A DNA stretch of 46,501 bases from a virus, in the IMG/VR virus record IMGVR_UViG_3300047333_000105, positions 1-46,501 of that record; one strand, 5' to 3'. Position 1 is the stretch's first letter, and each line of letters opens with the position of its first letter. Made by a program: the position numbers and the translations under genes. This document shows positions 15,475 through 24,871 of the stretch, one piece after another. The notes beneath the pieces were generated by a model. That model was not told the origin of the DNA and searched no databases. It saw only the letters and a program-made list of their open reading frames with translations.

Positions 15475-17032
15475 TGCAGCCACGCCAATAACACCTATCC
15501 AACCTCTTCAGCAGAGGTTTCCTATTGTAGATCAACAGGGTAACGCCTCTGATTATTTCATGCGTTATATCCTAAACCATTCCGGTCAGATCACAAGTAA
15601 TACCGACGACATCTCAGGTTTTCAAGCCCAGATCACGGCGTTGCAGAATTCAGAGTTTGTCGGAGTAGACGGTGTAAGCATTACTCCGAGTAGTGGCCTT
15701 CTCTCCGACGCCCCTCTTAGTGTAGGTCTTACAGAAACTGGTGTCACGGCAGGTTCGTACACAGGAGCTAACATCACTGTCGACGCCTACGGTCGTATCA
15801 CTCTTGCGGCAGATGGGGCGGCAGCATTGGCCGTCGAAGATGGGACGACTACTGTCACTAACGTCAACACCATTAAGTTCTCTGGTGGTACAGTCAGCAC
15901 TCCGAGTTCCGGTGAAGCTCTTGTGACTATCTCTGGAGGTGGCGGAGGAAGTATCTCAAGTTTGCTTTTTCAAACTACTCTCACAGCTCCAGCGGCATCG
16001 ATTACAATTCCAAGTATTCCGGGAATATATCAAGATTTGTTGATTTCTGGAACTTTTTTTAATACAGCAACAGAAGAACTATATGCTCAGTTCAACGGCG
16101 ACACAGGTAACAACTATTCCTGGTATGTAGAAAATAGACTTGGTAATGGTTTTGCTTCTGGTACAAAAATTCGTTGTGGGGCGACAGATAGCGGATCAGG
16201 AGGTGTAACTGAATTTTCTATTTTTGAGTATTCAAGTTCAGTTAATCCAAAACGAACTAGCAGTGCAGGGGCTTTTTTAGCTACTGGTGTTATTGACCAT
16301 GGAGCAGGGACTTGGACAGGAACAGCTCCTATAACTAATATTGTTCTAACCCCTAACTCAGGAACATTTCAAACTGGAACAACTCTCAGTGTTTTTGGTC
16401 TCGGAGGAGAAACACCTATTCCTATAACTCCAACCATTCGGGCGAGTTCTTTAGGGTTTTATAGTTCGAACACTATTAACGTCCCCTTTCCTGCTGGCAC
16501 AATAGCAGGTGATGTCGCGATTGTATTTGTCACTAACGGGTATAATCTTCTGACAGTTGGAGACGGTTGGATTAATATAGGACCATCTCCTAATGGTAAC
16601 TATGCCAACGGTATTACAATCGTCAAAGAGCTTGATGCTTCTGATATCTCTCTTGGGTACGTAACAGTAAATGCCACTGGTGGTTTTGATGGCGACTACG
16701 CCGTTGTTATTGTAGACGGCTCAACTGTAACTCGATATAGACAAGGCGAGTGGAATCAAAGCGGTGGATCAGGAAGTGTATCAACTTTTGCTATGCCTCC
16801 TTTAGAGGACGCTGAACAAACTGATCTGATAATTGGTTTTAGTTATATGCGAGGCAACGGTGCTGTAACTATTTCTAATTTCACTTCACTGGCTACTCCT
16901 CTTACTGGAACTAACGCCTCAGCTTTTGTGGGTCAATTTACAGGTACTTTATCTAAAACAGGCCTCGCAGAAGTAGTAAGTTTTGGAGGAGGCAACAACG
17001 GCTGTTACAACAGTGTTGTCAGTATCAGGTAA
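15458..17032 (+). CDS. Tail fibre or receptor-binding protein with a compositionally distinct C-terminal module
   Basis: GVTAGSYTGANITVDAYGRITLAADG resembles the conserved (I/V)TVD..GR(I/V)T segment of podophage fibres. A GGGGGS linker sits near 15940, after which the DNA becomes visibly more A/T-rich. ATG 15458 has GGAG 7 nt upstream (the track start TTG 15455 is 3 nt earlier). Confidence 0.75.
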   Translation: MAQVNNAATPITPIQPLQQRFPIVDQQGNASDYFMRYILNHSGQITSNTDDISGFQAQITALQNSEFVGVDGVSITPSSGLLSDAPLSVGLTETGVTAGSYTGANITVDAYGRITLAADGAAALAVEDGTTTVTNVNTIKFSGGTVSTPSSGEALVTISGGGGGSISSLLFQTTLTAPAASITIPSIPGIYQDLLISGTFFNTATEELYAQFNGDTGNNYSWYVENRLGNGFASGTKIRCGATDSGSGGVTEFSIFEYSSSVNPKRTSSAGAFLATGVIDHGAGTWTGTAPITNIVLTPNSGTFQTGTTLSVFGLGGETPIPITPTIRASSLGFYSSNTINVPFPAGTIAGDVAIVFVTNGYNLLTVGDGWINIGPSPNGNYANGITIVKELDASDISLGYVTVNATGGFDGDYAVVIVDGSTVTRYRQGEWNQSGGSGSVSTFAMPPLEDAEQTDLIIGFSYMRGNGAVTISNFTSLATPLTGTNASAFVGQFTGTLSKTGLAEVVSFGGGNNGCYNSVVSIR

Positions 17033-17036
17033 GCAA

Positions 17037-17474
17037 ATGATCACTATCACGAAAAACTTTGTTGTCATAGACGAAGCCATCGACAAGTATCGAGGCATGG
17101 CTGGTGACGGAGACCTACAGGAGTGGATCAATCAAGAAGGCAACCTCGCCTTTGTTGACGACCTCGGCAATGTAGGTATCCTCCACAAGGCTGACGACGG
17201 TCCTGCTGGTTTGTACGAAGCTCACATCTTCTTCAAGTCTCGGGGACGCGAGGCCATACAGAGAGCCGTACAGATGATGTCTTTCGGGTTCAACGAAACA
17301 GATTGTCTTTGTATGAGAGGGTACACACCTCTAGATAACAAAGCTGCCAGATGGATGAACCGACAACTGGGATATACCTCGTACGGTATCCTGTCACAAC
17401 TTAACCCTCCTTGCGAATTGTTCATTGTGACTAAGCAAGAGTTCCACAAAAGATTCGGAGCAATGCATGAGTAA
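17037..17474 (+). CDS. Hypothetical protein downstream of the fibre (145 aa)
   Basis: The track ORF starts at 16983 inside the fibre gene. ATG 17037 (MITITKNFVV...) lies 5 nt after the fibre stop. Confidence 0.6.
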   Translation: MITITKNFVVIDEAIDKYRGMAGDGDLQEWINQEGNLAFVDDLGNVGILHKADDGPAGLYEAHIFFKSRGREAIQRAVQMMSFGFNETDCLCMRGYTPLDNKAARWMNRQLGYTSYGILSQLNPPCELFIVTKQEFHKRFGAMHE

Positions 17475-17901
17475 CTTCCTCGGAGGCAATTCCAGTCAGT
17501 CCTCTAACAACCAGAACTTCGGGGCTGCTTCCAGTGGTCTTGGTAGTACGGTTGGTCAGACCGGTTCTGCTGCATCTGCGATCTCTGCCCTACTCGGTAA
17601 CGGCGGAACGGCGGAGCAGCAACAGGCTTTCAACAACGCCAAGAACAGTTCGGGGTACAACTTCAATCTCCAGCAAGGTACGGACGCCATCACTGGCAAC
17701 GCCGCAACTAATGGCCTTCTGAACTCTGGCAGCACTCTCAAAGCTGTATCTAACTACGGCCAGAACACAGCCAACAACTTCTTACAGCAGTATATCCAGA
17801 ACCAGTCAGGTCTGGCAGGTCTCGGTATCCAAGCCAACAACTCCATCAACGGTGCTGGTCAGACCAGTAACGGATCGAGCAAACAAGGACTCGGATTGTA
17901 A
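17467..17901 (+). CDS. Low-complexity Ser/Asn/Gly/Gln-rich internal virion (ejection) protein, putative
   Basis: 144 aa. Composition and position (between the fibre and the giant internal protein) are typical of podophage ejection proteins. Confidence 0.5.
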   Translation: MSNFLGGNSSQSSNNQNFGAASSGLGSTVGQTGSAASAISALLGNGGTAEQQQAFNNAKNSSGYNFNLQQGTDAITGNAATNGLLNSGSTLKAVSNYGQNTANNFLQQYIQNQSGLAGLGIQANNSINGAGQTSNGSSKQGLGL

Positions 17902-18245
17902 TGGCTGCTTTCCTAACTTCATTAGGCGCAAGTACCGGCATGACCGGAGCTGGTGGAATAATGGGAGGATTGGGGCAGATGCTCGGCAGTTCTCTTATGG
18001 GCCAAGGTCAAGGTCAAGGAGGAGGTCAGGGCTCACAAGCTCAGGCTCCCTCTACTCAGGGAGGACAAGCCCAGTACACCAACCCTTTCCAGACTGTTGC
18101 TCCTGCTTCTAATGCCCAGACGGCAGTTCAGTCTGGAACGAATATGGCTCAACAAACTGCAGCTAACTGGGCTAACAACTACATCTTACCCTCGTACGGA
18201 ACACCTGTCAATACAGGTTCTGCATCTGGGTCCGTCTATCGTTAA
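17901..18245 (+). CDS. Gly/Gln-rich internal virion protein, putative (114 aa)
   Basis: The start overlaps the previous stop (TAATG). Contains GQGQGQGGGQGSQAQ low complexity. Confidence 0.5.
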   Translation: MAAFLTSLGASTGMTGAGGIMGGLGQMLGSSLMGQGQGQGGGQGSQAQAPSTQGGQAQYTNPFQTVAPASNAQTAVQSGTNMAQQTAANWANNYILPSYGTPVNTGSASGSVYR

Positions 18246-18251
18246 GGAATA

Positions 18252-19493
18252 ATGATGCCCGGTCTATTTGATACAATTGCTGGTGTCGCTCCTTCGTTGA
18301 ACGCACCCCTCTATAACCCCTCTCTTGGCGACCCTTCTCAGGGCATTCCTCAGATGGCTCCTCAACCTCAACCCCAGCCTTCTGCTATGCAGATGCTTCT
18401 AGGTCAAGGTCAGGGACAAGCTCCTCAACAGCCTCAGATGGCTCCTCAACCGTCTGCCGTACCGAACCATAGCCTTACTGGTATCCTTGGTATCCACGGC
18501 TTGCCGGGGCAGCTTCTGAACTGGCTTGGTGATACCATCTCTGAGGCGGCAGGATTTCAGATGCCGTTCAAGGACGATCCTGCCAAGAGGGCTCAGGCCG
18601 CCGCTCTATCTAACCTTCAGGGTAATCCTCAGGAAGCTGTAGCTAAGCTAGCCGCAACTGGTGATACCCAGGGAGCTCTCGAACTGCAGAACAATCTGGC
18701 TAATCGTCAGATCGCTATGGCAAATATGCAAAGAGAGGGAATGACTGCAGCCGATGCCCATCAAGCTGCCGTACAGAAGTATGACGACACTCGGAGATCA
18801 CAAGCTGGTAAACTGATCTCGTCTGCGACTCCTGACACCTACGAGTCTCTGTACGGAAAGACACAAGACGTCTTCGGTAAGACTACAGACCTTAGTCCTT
18901 TGAATCTTCCCGACCCTAAGAACCTTTCTCAGTACGTCACTATCGATCCAAAGACTGGGCAGAAGACTTGGAATGACGCAGGTAAGGCGATCCTCGATCA
19001 AGCCAATACCTTTAACGTACCGGAGTATAAGTACCTTGGAACAGGTGCTGCTCAGACTACTGCACAAGCTCGTGCCCAAGGTGCCGCCAACGGTCAGGCT
19101 CTGTTGCCTTCGGAGATTGCTCGTAACTACGGCCAAGCTGCCGCAGGCGGTGTCAACGCCTCGGCTCATCAACAGCAGGCAGGGGCTCAAACCCTTCAGG
19201 CCCAGATCGCTCTCGGCAAGGCTATGGGCATTCCTGCCGGTGGTACAATCCCTGGCACGAATATCGTCATGCCTGCCGGGTTGCCTCAAGGCGGCGTAGC
19301 TCCTATGAAGAGTCATCGACCTGTTCCAGTAGCAGGGGTAACTACTTCTCCTGCAGGGGCTCCATCGGCTGCTCCTACTTCTGACCAGATGCCTACGATC
19401 CCTGCCAACAGGATTCCTAGTACGGCAGTTCGTGGTAAGATCAACGGTCATCCTGCCGTACAGGTAGGTGGCAAGACTTACCTTATCCAATAA
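18252..19493 (+). CDS. Pro/Gln/Ala-rich internal virion protein, putative (413 aa)
   Basis: AAGGA SD. Contains QPQPQPS and GQGQGQAPQQPQ tracts. Function assigned by position only. Confidence 0.5.
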   Translation: MMPGLFDTIAGVAPSLNAPLYNPSLGDPSQGIPQMAPQPQPQPSAMQMLLGQGQGQAPQQPQMAPQPSAVPNHSLTGILGIHGLPGQLLNWLGDTISEAAGFQMPFKDDPAKRAQAAALSNLQGNPQEAVAKLAATGDTQGALELQNNLANRQIAMANMQREGMTAADAHQAAVQKYDDTRRSQAGKLISSATPDTYESLYGKTQDVFGKTTDLSPLNLPDPKNLSQYVTIDPKTGQKTWNDAGKAILDQANTFNVPEYKYLGTGAAQTTAQARAQGAANGQALLPSEIARNYGQAAAGGVNASAHQQQAGAQTLQAQIALGKAMGIPAGGTIPGTNIVMPAGLPQGGVAPMKSHRPVPVAGVTTSPAGAPSAAPTSDQMPTIPANRIPSTAVRGKINGHPAVQVGGKTYLIQ

Positions 19494-19528
19494 TTAACGC
19501 AAGGAGCTTGCTCCGTAACGAGGAATAT

Positions 19529-22500
19529 ATGGCTAGTAATCAGTTCATTTCAGACGCACCAGATACTAGCCATGCCTTTGTGCCTGACGTCGATCCTCGT
19601 GTAGACCCTCTCGCCTCTGTGATGCCTTCTATGACACCGATGCGTGACGACACCCCTACGACTATCGTCGATGAAGGCCAACAAGTAACTGTCCCGGCTT
19701 GGTCTTTGAAAGGTCAGCAACAGTTTTCTCAGACGCCGTCTATGGCACCTGATCCTACTACTACTGGTCGTTTCGACTTCATGAGGGATACCCAGAATCT
19801 TCGCCCCGAAGGTCCTGATCCTTTTGGTATGTCTGAAGACCAGAAAGACGCTCTTGGTGGTACGACTAGAGGAACTCCTAGCAGGTTGCTGGTTGATTAC
19901 GGCTTGAGCCCTGCCATCGGTTTGGCTAATCGTTTCGTAACTGGTGCAGAAGATACCGCTAACATCATCGGTCGTGCCTTGACAGGTCATGACATGAGTG
20001 GTGGTAACGGAACTCAGTCTCTTGGTGAAGCTATCATGGACGCCCTTCCTGGGTTGGGTCTTGAAGCTATGCATACCCCAGAAGGGTATTTCACTCCTGA
20101 AGTCAAGGCCGATATCTCAGGTAAAATTAAAGCCGGTGCATCGACTGCCGACATCCTCAAAGATCACCCAACCCTTGACAACCCTGCCACTAAGGAAGCT
20201 ATCGAAGCTAACGTACAGGCAGTTAAGAAGGGCTATAAGGGCCCGATCTCTTTCGATGAAGACATCCCTGACGAACTGTCAGGTAAGCGTTCTGAGGTTC
20301 AGCCTCCTGTCAATCCTACGGTAGATACGACCCATGTCGATCCTATCCGCGAGACTGATGAGACTGGCAGTTACCACCCCATTAACGTCCGTGATCCTAA
20401 TACGGGTGAGGTAACTTCTGCTGGCCGTGCTTACGTTGACCCTGACACTGGTGCTCCCACAGGATCGGTCCTTGCCCATCCCCTTACCAAAGAAAATCAT
20501 ACAGTTACTCCTGAAACTCAAGGCGTGATTGAAAGTAAACTGCCGGGTGGTGATGCAGTCACTAGTCCTGCAATGCAGGATGTAGACAACAAAGTCGTAC
20601 ACAACAATACAACTTTTTATCCTCCTGAAGACGGAGGAAATGTCCATCACTTCGACTATACTAAAGATGACGGTTCTAAAATCTCAGGATACTTCACTGT
20701 CGATAAAGATGGCGATATCACAAAAGTATCTGTAGGAAATCCTTGGGCTCTACCAGAAGATAAACAATCTTGGGCTCTTCCTGAACAAAGAGATTTCCTT
20801 AAGTCTGTGGCTGCTCAATACCCTGATGCCAACACTTTCACAGGTGCAAGAGTATCTGGAGCAAGAGAACAACTCACTGATTCTAATGGTGATCCTCTTA
20901 CGACATCTGCTGATCTTAATCGTTTTCGTCAGAAAGATATCAAACAACCCGGTTTTGTTAGTACACCTAACCCTGATCCGGGCAGGCCAAGCCATACCTT
21001 TACGTACGAGACTCCTGACGGCAAGGTCGTTAAGGGTTCTTATGACGTCGAAGGTAACACCATCCATTCCATCGACATCGGTGACAAGACTAATCCTGTC
21101 AAGCTTGGTGTAGGTGAAACCCTCAATCTTGGTAAACAACTCGCCGCCGCTCACCCCGACGTCGACACCATTGAAGGACTCCGTATCTCAGGAGCTAATC
21201 CTGATCGTACAGTGAGATTAAATGCCCAAGCTCTTCGTGAACGTGGTCAACCTTCTGTACCTGAAGAACCTACTGTAGGAGTAAACGACAACGTCCCAGA
21301 CCGTCGTACTGGTGGTCGGGCTCCTGACGGTCCTCAATCTCAAGCTGCTAACGAAGTAGCCCCTTCTCAGCCTACTGGTACGGCTGTCGGTTCTACCAAT
21401 GTCATCCACGAACCGTATGAAGAAACTGGTTTGATTGGTGGTGGTAATGGCAATGGTAATGGTGGTAACGGGACTGGAACTGAAGTAGGTCCTGACGGAG
21501 AACCTCGGCCTGCTCCTCCGCATATGAGGGTAGACGACCAGTTTGCTGGATCGATCAACAAAGACAAAGTCTCTAACGATCCTGATCTCCGTAACGCCTA
21601 TGATGAATGGGCTCGTACTACGGCAGCCAAAGACAAAGACGGTTTCGATGAACTCAACGAGAAGACTAAGAGTTATCTCAACGACCACAACAACGACGGT
21701 CATGGCTACTCTCTCTTCGACGGTCCTCGTAATCCCCGTGAGTTAGCTCCTTGGTCTGAAGCTGTACGTATCCAAACCTACGCCATGGCCCAGAAGCTTT
21801 CTCGTGTAGGATTTGAAGGACTTACTGAAGACGAACGTAACGCCACTCGGGCTATGTTCAACCTCGCAGACGACAGTGCGTACGGACAAGGGTCTGCATT
21901 CAGGGCTCGTCAACGTCAGATCGATCAGCAAGGTCGTCTCGCCACCGGCGGTAAAACAGGAGACTTCGATAACGGAATCTCGAATAAGGACGTACAGGAA
22001 GAGATCGATAAACTGGGTGTCAACAACCCTGACAGCGTAGGTAAAATCCTTGCCGCCTCGGCCAGTAAAGACCCCGGTATCATTGATCTTTTTCGTAAGG
22101 GATACATCTCTGGTCTTGTGTCAAATCTTGCCAACCACGTCAAAATATATGGAGGCATGATTGCACAGAATGGTCTGAACTTTATCTCTGACTCTCTTGC
22201 TGCCACGGTAGGTCAACCTCTGAGGATAATACCAGGAGCGGAAAGGGTCTATGCCACACAGATGGCTGCTCGTGGTCTAGGTTATGCAGACGGTTTCGTC
22301 AACGCCCTGCAGAAGAGGGCTCCGGGTTTGTTCTCTGACGAGGGCTCGGGGTCTGCTCCTCTCGGTATGTTGAAGAACGATCTGATGAACTCTACGTTCA
22401 TGAAAAGACCTGTCTACAACACCGCAGATGCTCTTCTCTCTGCACCTCTCAATCTTCTCCATTCAACAGGAGAGTTCGTCAAAGATATCTTTGGTACGAG

Positions 22501-23872
22501 TTATCTATGGGATCAGGCAGCTAAGTATGCCCGAGATCATGGAGCTTCTCTTGCTGATCCTGTCGACCTCTGGCAAAAGATGTCAGATGCCCGTAACAAC
22601 CCTACTCACGAGATGCTCTCAGAGGTAGATAAGCAAACCAAGATCGATACCTTTCGTGATCCTATGGGACCTATGGGAAGGCTTGTCACTGGTGCAGCCA
22701 ACGGTGTAGAACAAGGCATCCGTTATCCTACCAAGGATGGTTCTGGCCGTATGATTACACAACCTGTTCCGGGCGTGTCTGCATTCATTGCTCCATTCAA
22801 CGGTATCGTCGATGGCGTCATGAGGGCTGGCATAAGGTGGGGACCTCTTGCTCCTCTTGATAGGTACAACCAAATCGGGTTGGCTAAAGGTGGACTGGAA
22901 GGACAGAAAGCTGCTGCCCGTATGGCAGTTGCTGCAGGTCTGACCGGACTGCTTATGCAATACATCGTACAAGACGGAGTCATTAACGGCAGTAACCCTG
23001 TCAATGGCGCTCCTGCTAACTCGATGAAGATCGGGGATAACTACTACACCATCAAAGGTATGTCGGCAGTGGCAGATAACGCCCTCCTCTTGGCTAACGC
23101 CCGTGACGAACTGAAGACCACTAAAGATCAAGACGGCTACACCGGTAAGGTCAAGGCTGCCTTCTCTAGTATGCTAAAGACTGTTCTCGACGAGAGCACC
23201 ATCAAAGACTTGACTCCTTTCCTTGCCCCTCTGGACAAGCAGGGCGGAGAGTACAAGATGAGGTCTTACCTCACTAGCATCCCTAGTCAGATGGTTCCGT
23301 ACAACGCAGCTCTCAGAGAAGAGACGAATAAGGAAGTTCCGTACGTGACGGACACTCTTGACAAGTCTGGAGCACAGGAAGCTGTCAACAAAGTCAAGGC
23401 TATTCTCCCTTGGGAGGCAGGTACTTTGCCTGCACGTCTTGACGTCTACGGTCGTCCTATGCCTTCTCGTTCAGGACCTTTCAAGATACAACCTGTCGAA
23501 CAGGACCCGGCCATCCAAGAAGTCAATCGTCTTTCGACACTGGCTAACAAGAAGATGGTGCTTCCTGAAAGTAAGACTTACACTGCGTACGATGACGACG
23601 ACGTCTCCCATAAGGTTACGTTTACGCCAGAGCAGCTTAGGTCGTACCAAGAAAAGTCAGGTGATTATTTCCGTCGTGACTTTGCTCAAGAGATTCAATC
23701 TCCAGAGTATCAGAGTATGTCGGATACAGATAAGATAGCAAGGCTGAAAGAGGTACTCGACGCTCAAAGAAAAAATGCCCGTGACGAGGTACTTGATGCC
23801 ACAGCACCGACAGTCTCTCAAGGTTTTGTTCCTGACAATCAGTTCATACCAGACAAGAAAGCCGTTCGATGA
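19529..23872 (+). CDS. Giant internal virion / DNA-ejection protein (1447 aa) with an internal tandem domain duplication
   Basis: The largest ORF, at the end of the structural arm. ATG 19529 has GAGGA 7 nt upstream (the track start TTG 19508 is unlikely). Two ~85-aa homologous segments lie at about 20631-20900 and 20981-21235. Confidence 0.65.
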   Translation: MASNQFISDAPDTSHAFVPDVDPRVDPLASVMPSMTPMRDDTPTTIVDEGQQVTVPAWSLKGQQQFSQTPSMAPDPTTTGRFDFMRDTQNLRPEGPDPFGMSEDQKDALGGTTRGTPSRLLVDYGLSPAIGLANRFVTGAEDTANIIGRALTGHDMSGGNGTQSLGEAIMDALPGLGLEAMHTPEGYFTPEVKADISGKIKAGASTADILKDHPTLDNPATKEAIEANVQAVKKGYKGPISFDEDIPDELSGKRSEVQPPVNPTVDTTHVDPIRETDETGSYHPINVRDPNTGEVTSAGRAYVDPDTGAPTGSVLAHPLTKENHTVTPETQGVIESKLPGGDAVTSPAMQDVDNKVVHNNTTFYPPEDGGNVHHFDYTKDDGSKISGYFTVDKDGDITKVSVGNPWALPEDKQSWALPEQRDFLKSVAAQYPDANTFTGARVSGAREQLTDSNGDPLTTSADLNRFRQKDIKQPGFVSTPNPDPGRPSHTFTYETPDGKVVKGSYDVEGNTIHSIDIGDKTNPVKLGVGETLNLGKQLAAAHPDVDTIEGLRISGANPDRTVRLNAQALRERGQPSVPEEPTVGVNDNVPDRRTGGRAPDGPQSQAANEVAPSQPTGTAVGSTNVIHEPYEETGLIGGGNGNGNGGNGTGTEVGPDGEPRPAPPHMRVDDQFAGSINKDKVSNDPDLRNAYDEWARTTAAKDKDGFDELNEKTKSYLNDHNNDGHGYSLFDGPRNPRELAPWSEAVRIQTYAMAQKLSRVGFEGLTEDERNATRAMFNLADDSAYGQGSAFRARQRQIDQQGRLATGGKTGDFDNGISNKDVQEEIDKLGVNNPDSVGKILAASASKDPGIIDLFRKGYISGLVSNLANHVKIYGGMIAQNGLNFISDSLAATVGQPLRIIPGAERVYATQMAARGLGYADGFVNALQKRAPGLFSDEGSGSAPLGMLKNDLMNSTFMKRPVYNTADALLSAPLNLLHSTGEFVKDIFGTSYLWDQAAKYARDHGASLADPVDLWQKMSDARNNPTHEMLSEVDKQTKIDTFRDPMGPMGRLVTGAANGVEQGIRYPTKDGSGRMITQPVPGVSAFIAPFNGIVDGVMRAGIRWGPLAPLDRYNQIGLAKGGLEGQKAAARMAVAAGLTGLLMQYIVQDGVINGSNPVNGAPANSMKIGDNYYTIKGMSAVADNALLLANARDELKTTKDQDGYTGKVKAAFSSMLKTVLDESTIKDLTPFLAPLDKQGGEYKMRSYLTSIPSQMVPYNAALREETNKEVPYVTDTLDKSGAQEAVNKVKAILPWEAGTLPARLDVYGRPMPSRSGPFKIQPVEQDPAIQEVNRLSTLANKKMVLPESKTYTAYDDDDVSHKVTFTPEQLRSYQEKSGDYFRRDFAQEIQSPEYQSMSDTDKIARLKEVLDAQRKNARDEVLDATAPTVSQGFVPDNQFIPDKKAVR

Positions 23873-24090
23873 GTGAGACTTACCTATCTATGCCGGAGAG
23901 ACTAGCTATTCTAGAGACTAAGGTGGAACATCTTTCCGCCCAGAACGAAGACATCAAGGAAAAGCTAGATGCCCTCCTTGCGTTCAAGCATAAAGGTCTA
24001 GGAGCCCTCTCTCTTATCACAGCAATCCTTGGTACGTCAATCATTGGTGGTGTCTATACAGTGATTGAATACTTCAAGCTTGCACACTAA
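23869..24090 (+). CDS. Coiled-coil protein with a C-terminal TM anchor (73 aa; possible holin or antiholin partner)
   Basis: ATGA overlap with the upstream stop. ...LGALSLITAILGTSIIGGVYTVIEYF is a TM helix. It faces the lysis cassette across the terminator. Confidence 0.6.
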   Translation: MSETYLSMPERLAILETKVEHLSAQNEDIKEKLDALLAFKHKGLGALSLITAILGTSIIGGVYTVIEYFKLAH

Positions 24091-24098
24091 TCATATCA

Positions 24099-24145
24099 TA
24101 AAAAATCCCTCCTCAGCAATTAAGCCGGGGAGGGTTTCTTTTTGT
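24099..24145. terminator. Bidirectional intrinsic terminator at the point where the two arms converge
   Basis: A-run (24099-24105), CCCTCC (24107-24112), a 16-nt loop, GGAGGG (24129-24134) and TTTCTTTTT (24135-24143). This gives a U-tract on either strand. Confidence 0.75.
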
Positions 24146-24149
24146 CTAG

Positions 24150-24437
24150 TCAGTTCGCATTGGCGTCTGCCTGTGAAGGGTCCTTAGGCTCTTGACCTAG
24201 GGGGTCATTTGGGTCCTTCATCTTCTCGTACGTACGCAAGGCGGCTAGTGGGGCAAAGGCTAAGATCAATACCGAAAGTTCCCTCAGGGAAACTCCAGTC
24301 TTGTTTAGGATAGGAATGAGGATGGTGTTTGCCGCCATCGCTCCTATCACCGTTGCGTATCCCACAGGTCGCCACCACTTGTTGACGAAACAGAGAGCTA
24401 CCTCGTTCAGAGACTGTAGGGCTGCTGTCACTTTCAT
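24150..24437 (-). CDS. Holin (putative; 2-3 TM)
   Basis: NKWWRPVGY followed by hydrophobic helices is reminiscent of the GTA_holin_3TM/DUF3154 family. ATGA overlap with the endolysin stop. Confidence 0.6.
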   Translation of the reverse strand: MKVTAALQSLNEVALCFVNKWWRPVGYATVIGAMAANTILIPILNKTGVSLRELSVLILAFAPLAALRTYEKMKDPNDPLGQEPKDPSQADANAN

Positions 24438-24871
24438 ACGTCATACTTCTCTAGTCCAGAGCCTCTCATGATCTCTACCAACTTGTCGCCGTACAGAGGG
24501 TCGGTGGCGTAAACACCAGTAAGTGCGTGAGCAAAAGCTTCTGGATGATCTACCAGTGCCATCGCATTGTGGTAGGCAGGGTGTGTAGCAAGGAGCTGAC
24601 CGTGGAAATCGAAGGCGTCTTCATACCCTGTGAAGTCTTTGAACTTTGCAGTTGTCAAGACATACCGACCGTTGATGTACTCGTGAGTAGGTACTTCTGT
24701 GTACGGACCCTGGCCGTCCCATTTGTTGCCGAAGAAGTTAAACTTCCCTGTAACCTTTGTACCCCATGCACTCTCCAGGCCAAACTGGGCTAGAGTTACA
24801 GAGGCAGGGACGAGCCACTTCTTTCGTACGGCAATAGCTGCATCAGTTATTTGTTGGGTTAGTTGTACCAA
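24434..24871 (-). CDS. Endolysin, glucosaminidase (FlgJ/LytD-type) domain
   Basis: LAQFGLESAWG, FNFFGNK and YATDPLYGDKL are motifs of the mannosyl-glycoprotein endo-beta-N-acetylglucosaminidase family. TTG start with AAGGAGGAG 4-6 nt upstream. Confidence 0.85.
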   Translation of the reverse strand: MVQLTQQITDAAIAVRKKWLVPASVTLAQFGLESAWGTKVTGKFNFFGNKWDGQGPYTEVPTHEYINGRYVLTTAKFKDFTGYEDAFDFHGQLLATHPAYHNAMALVDHPEAFAHALTGVYATDPLYGDKLVEIMRGSGLEKYDV

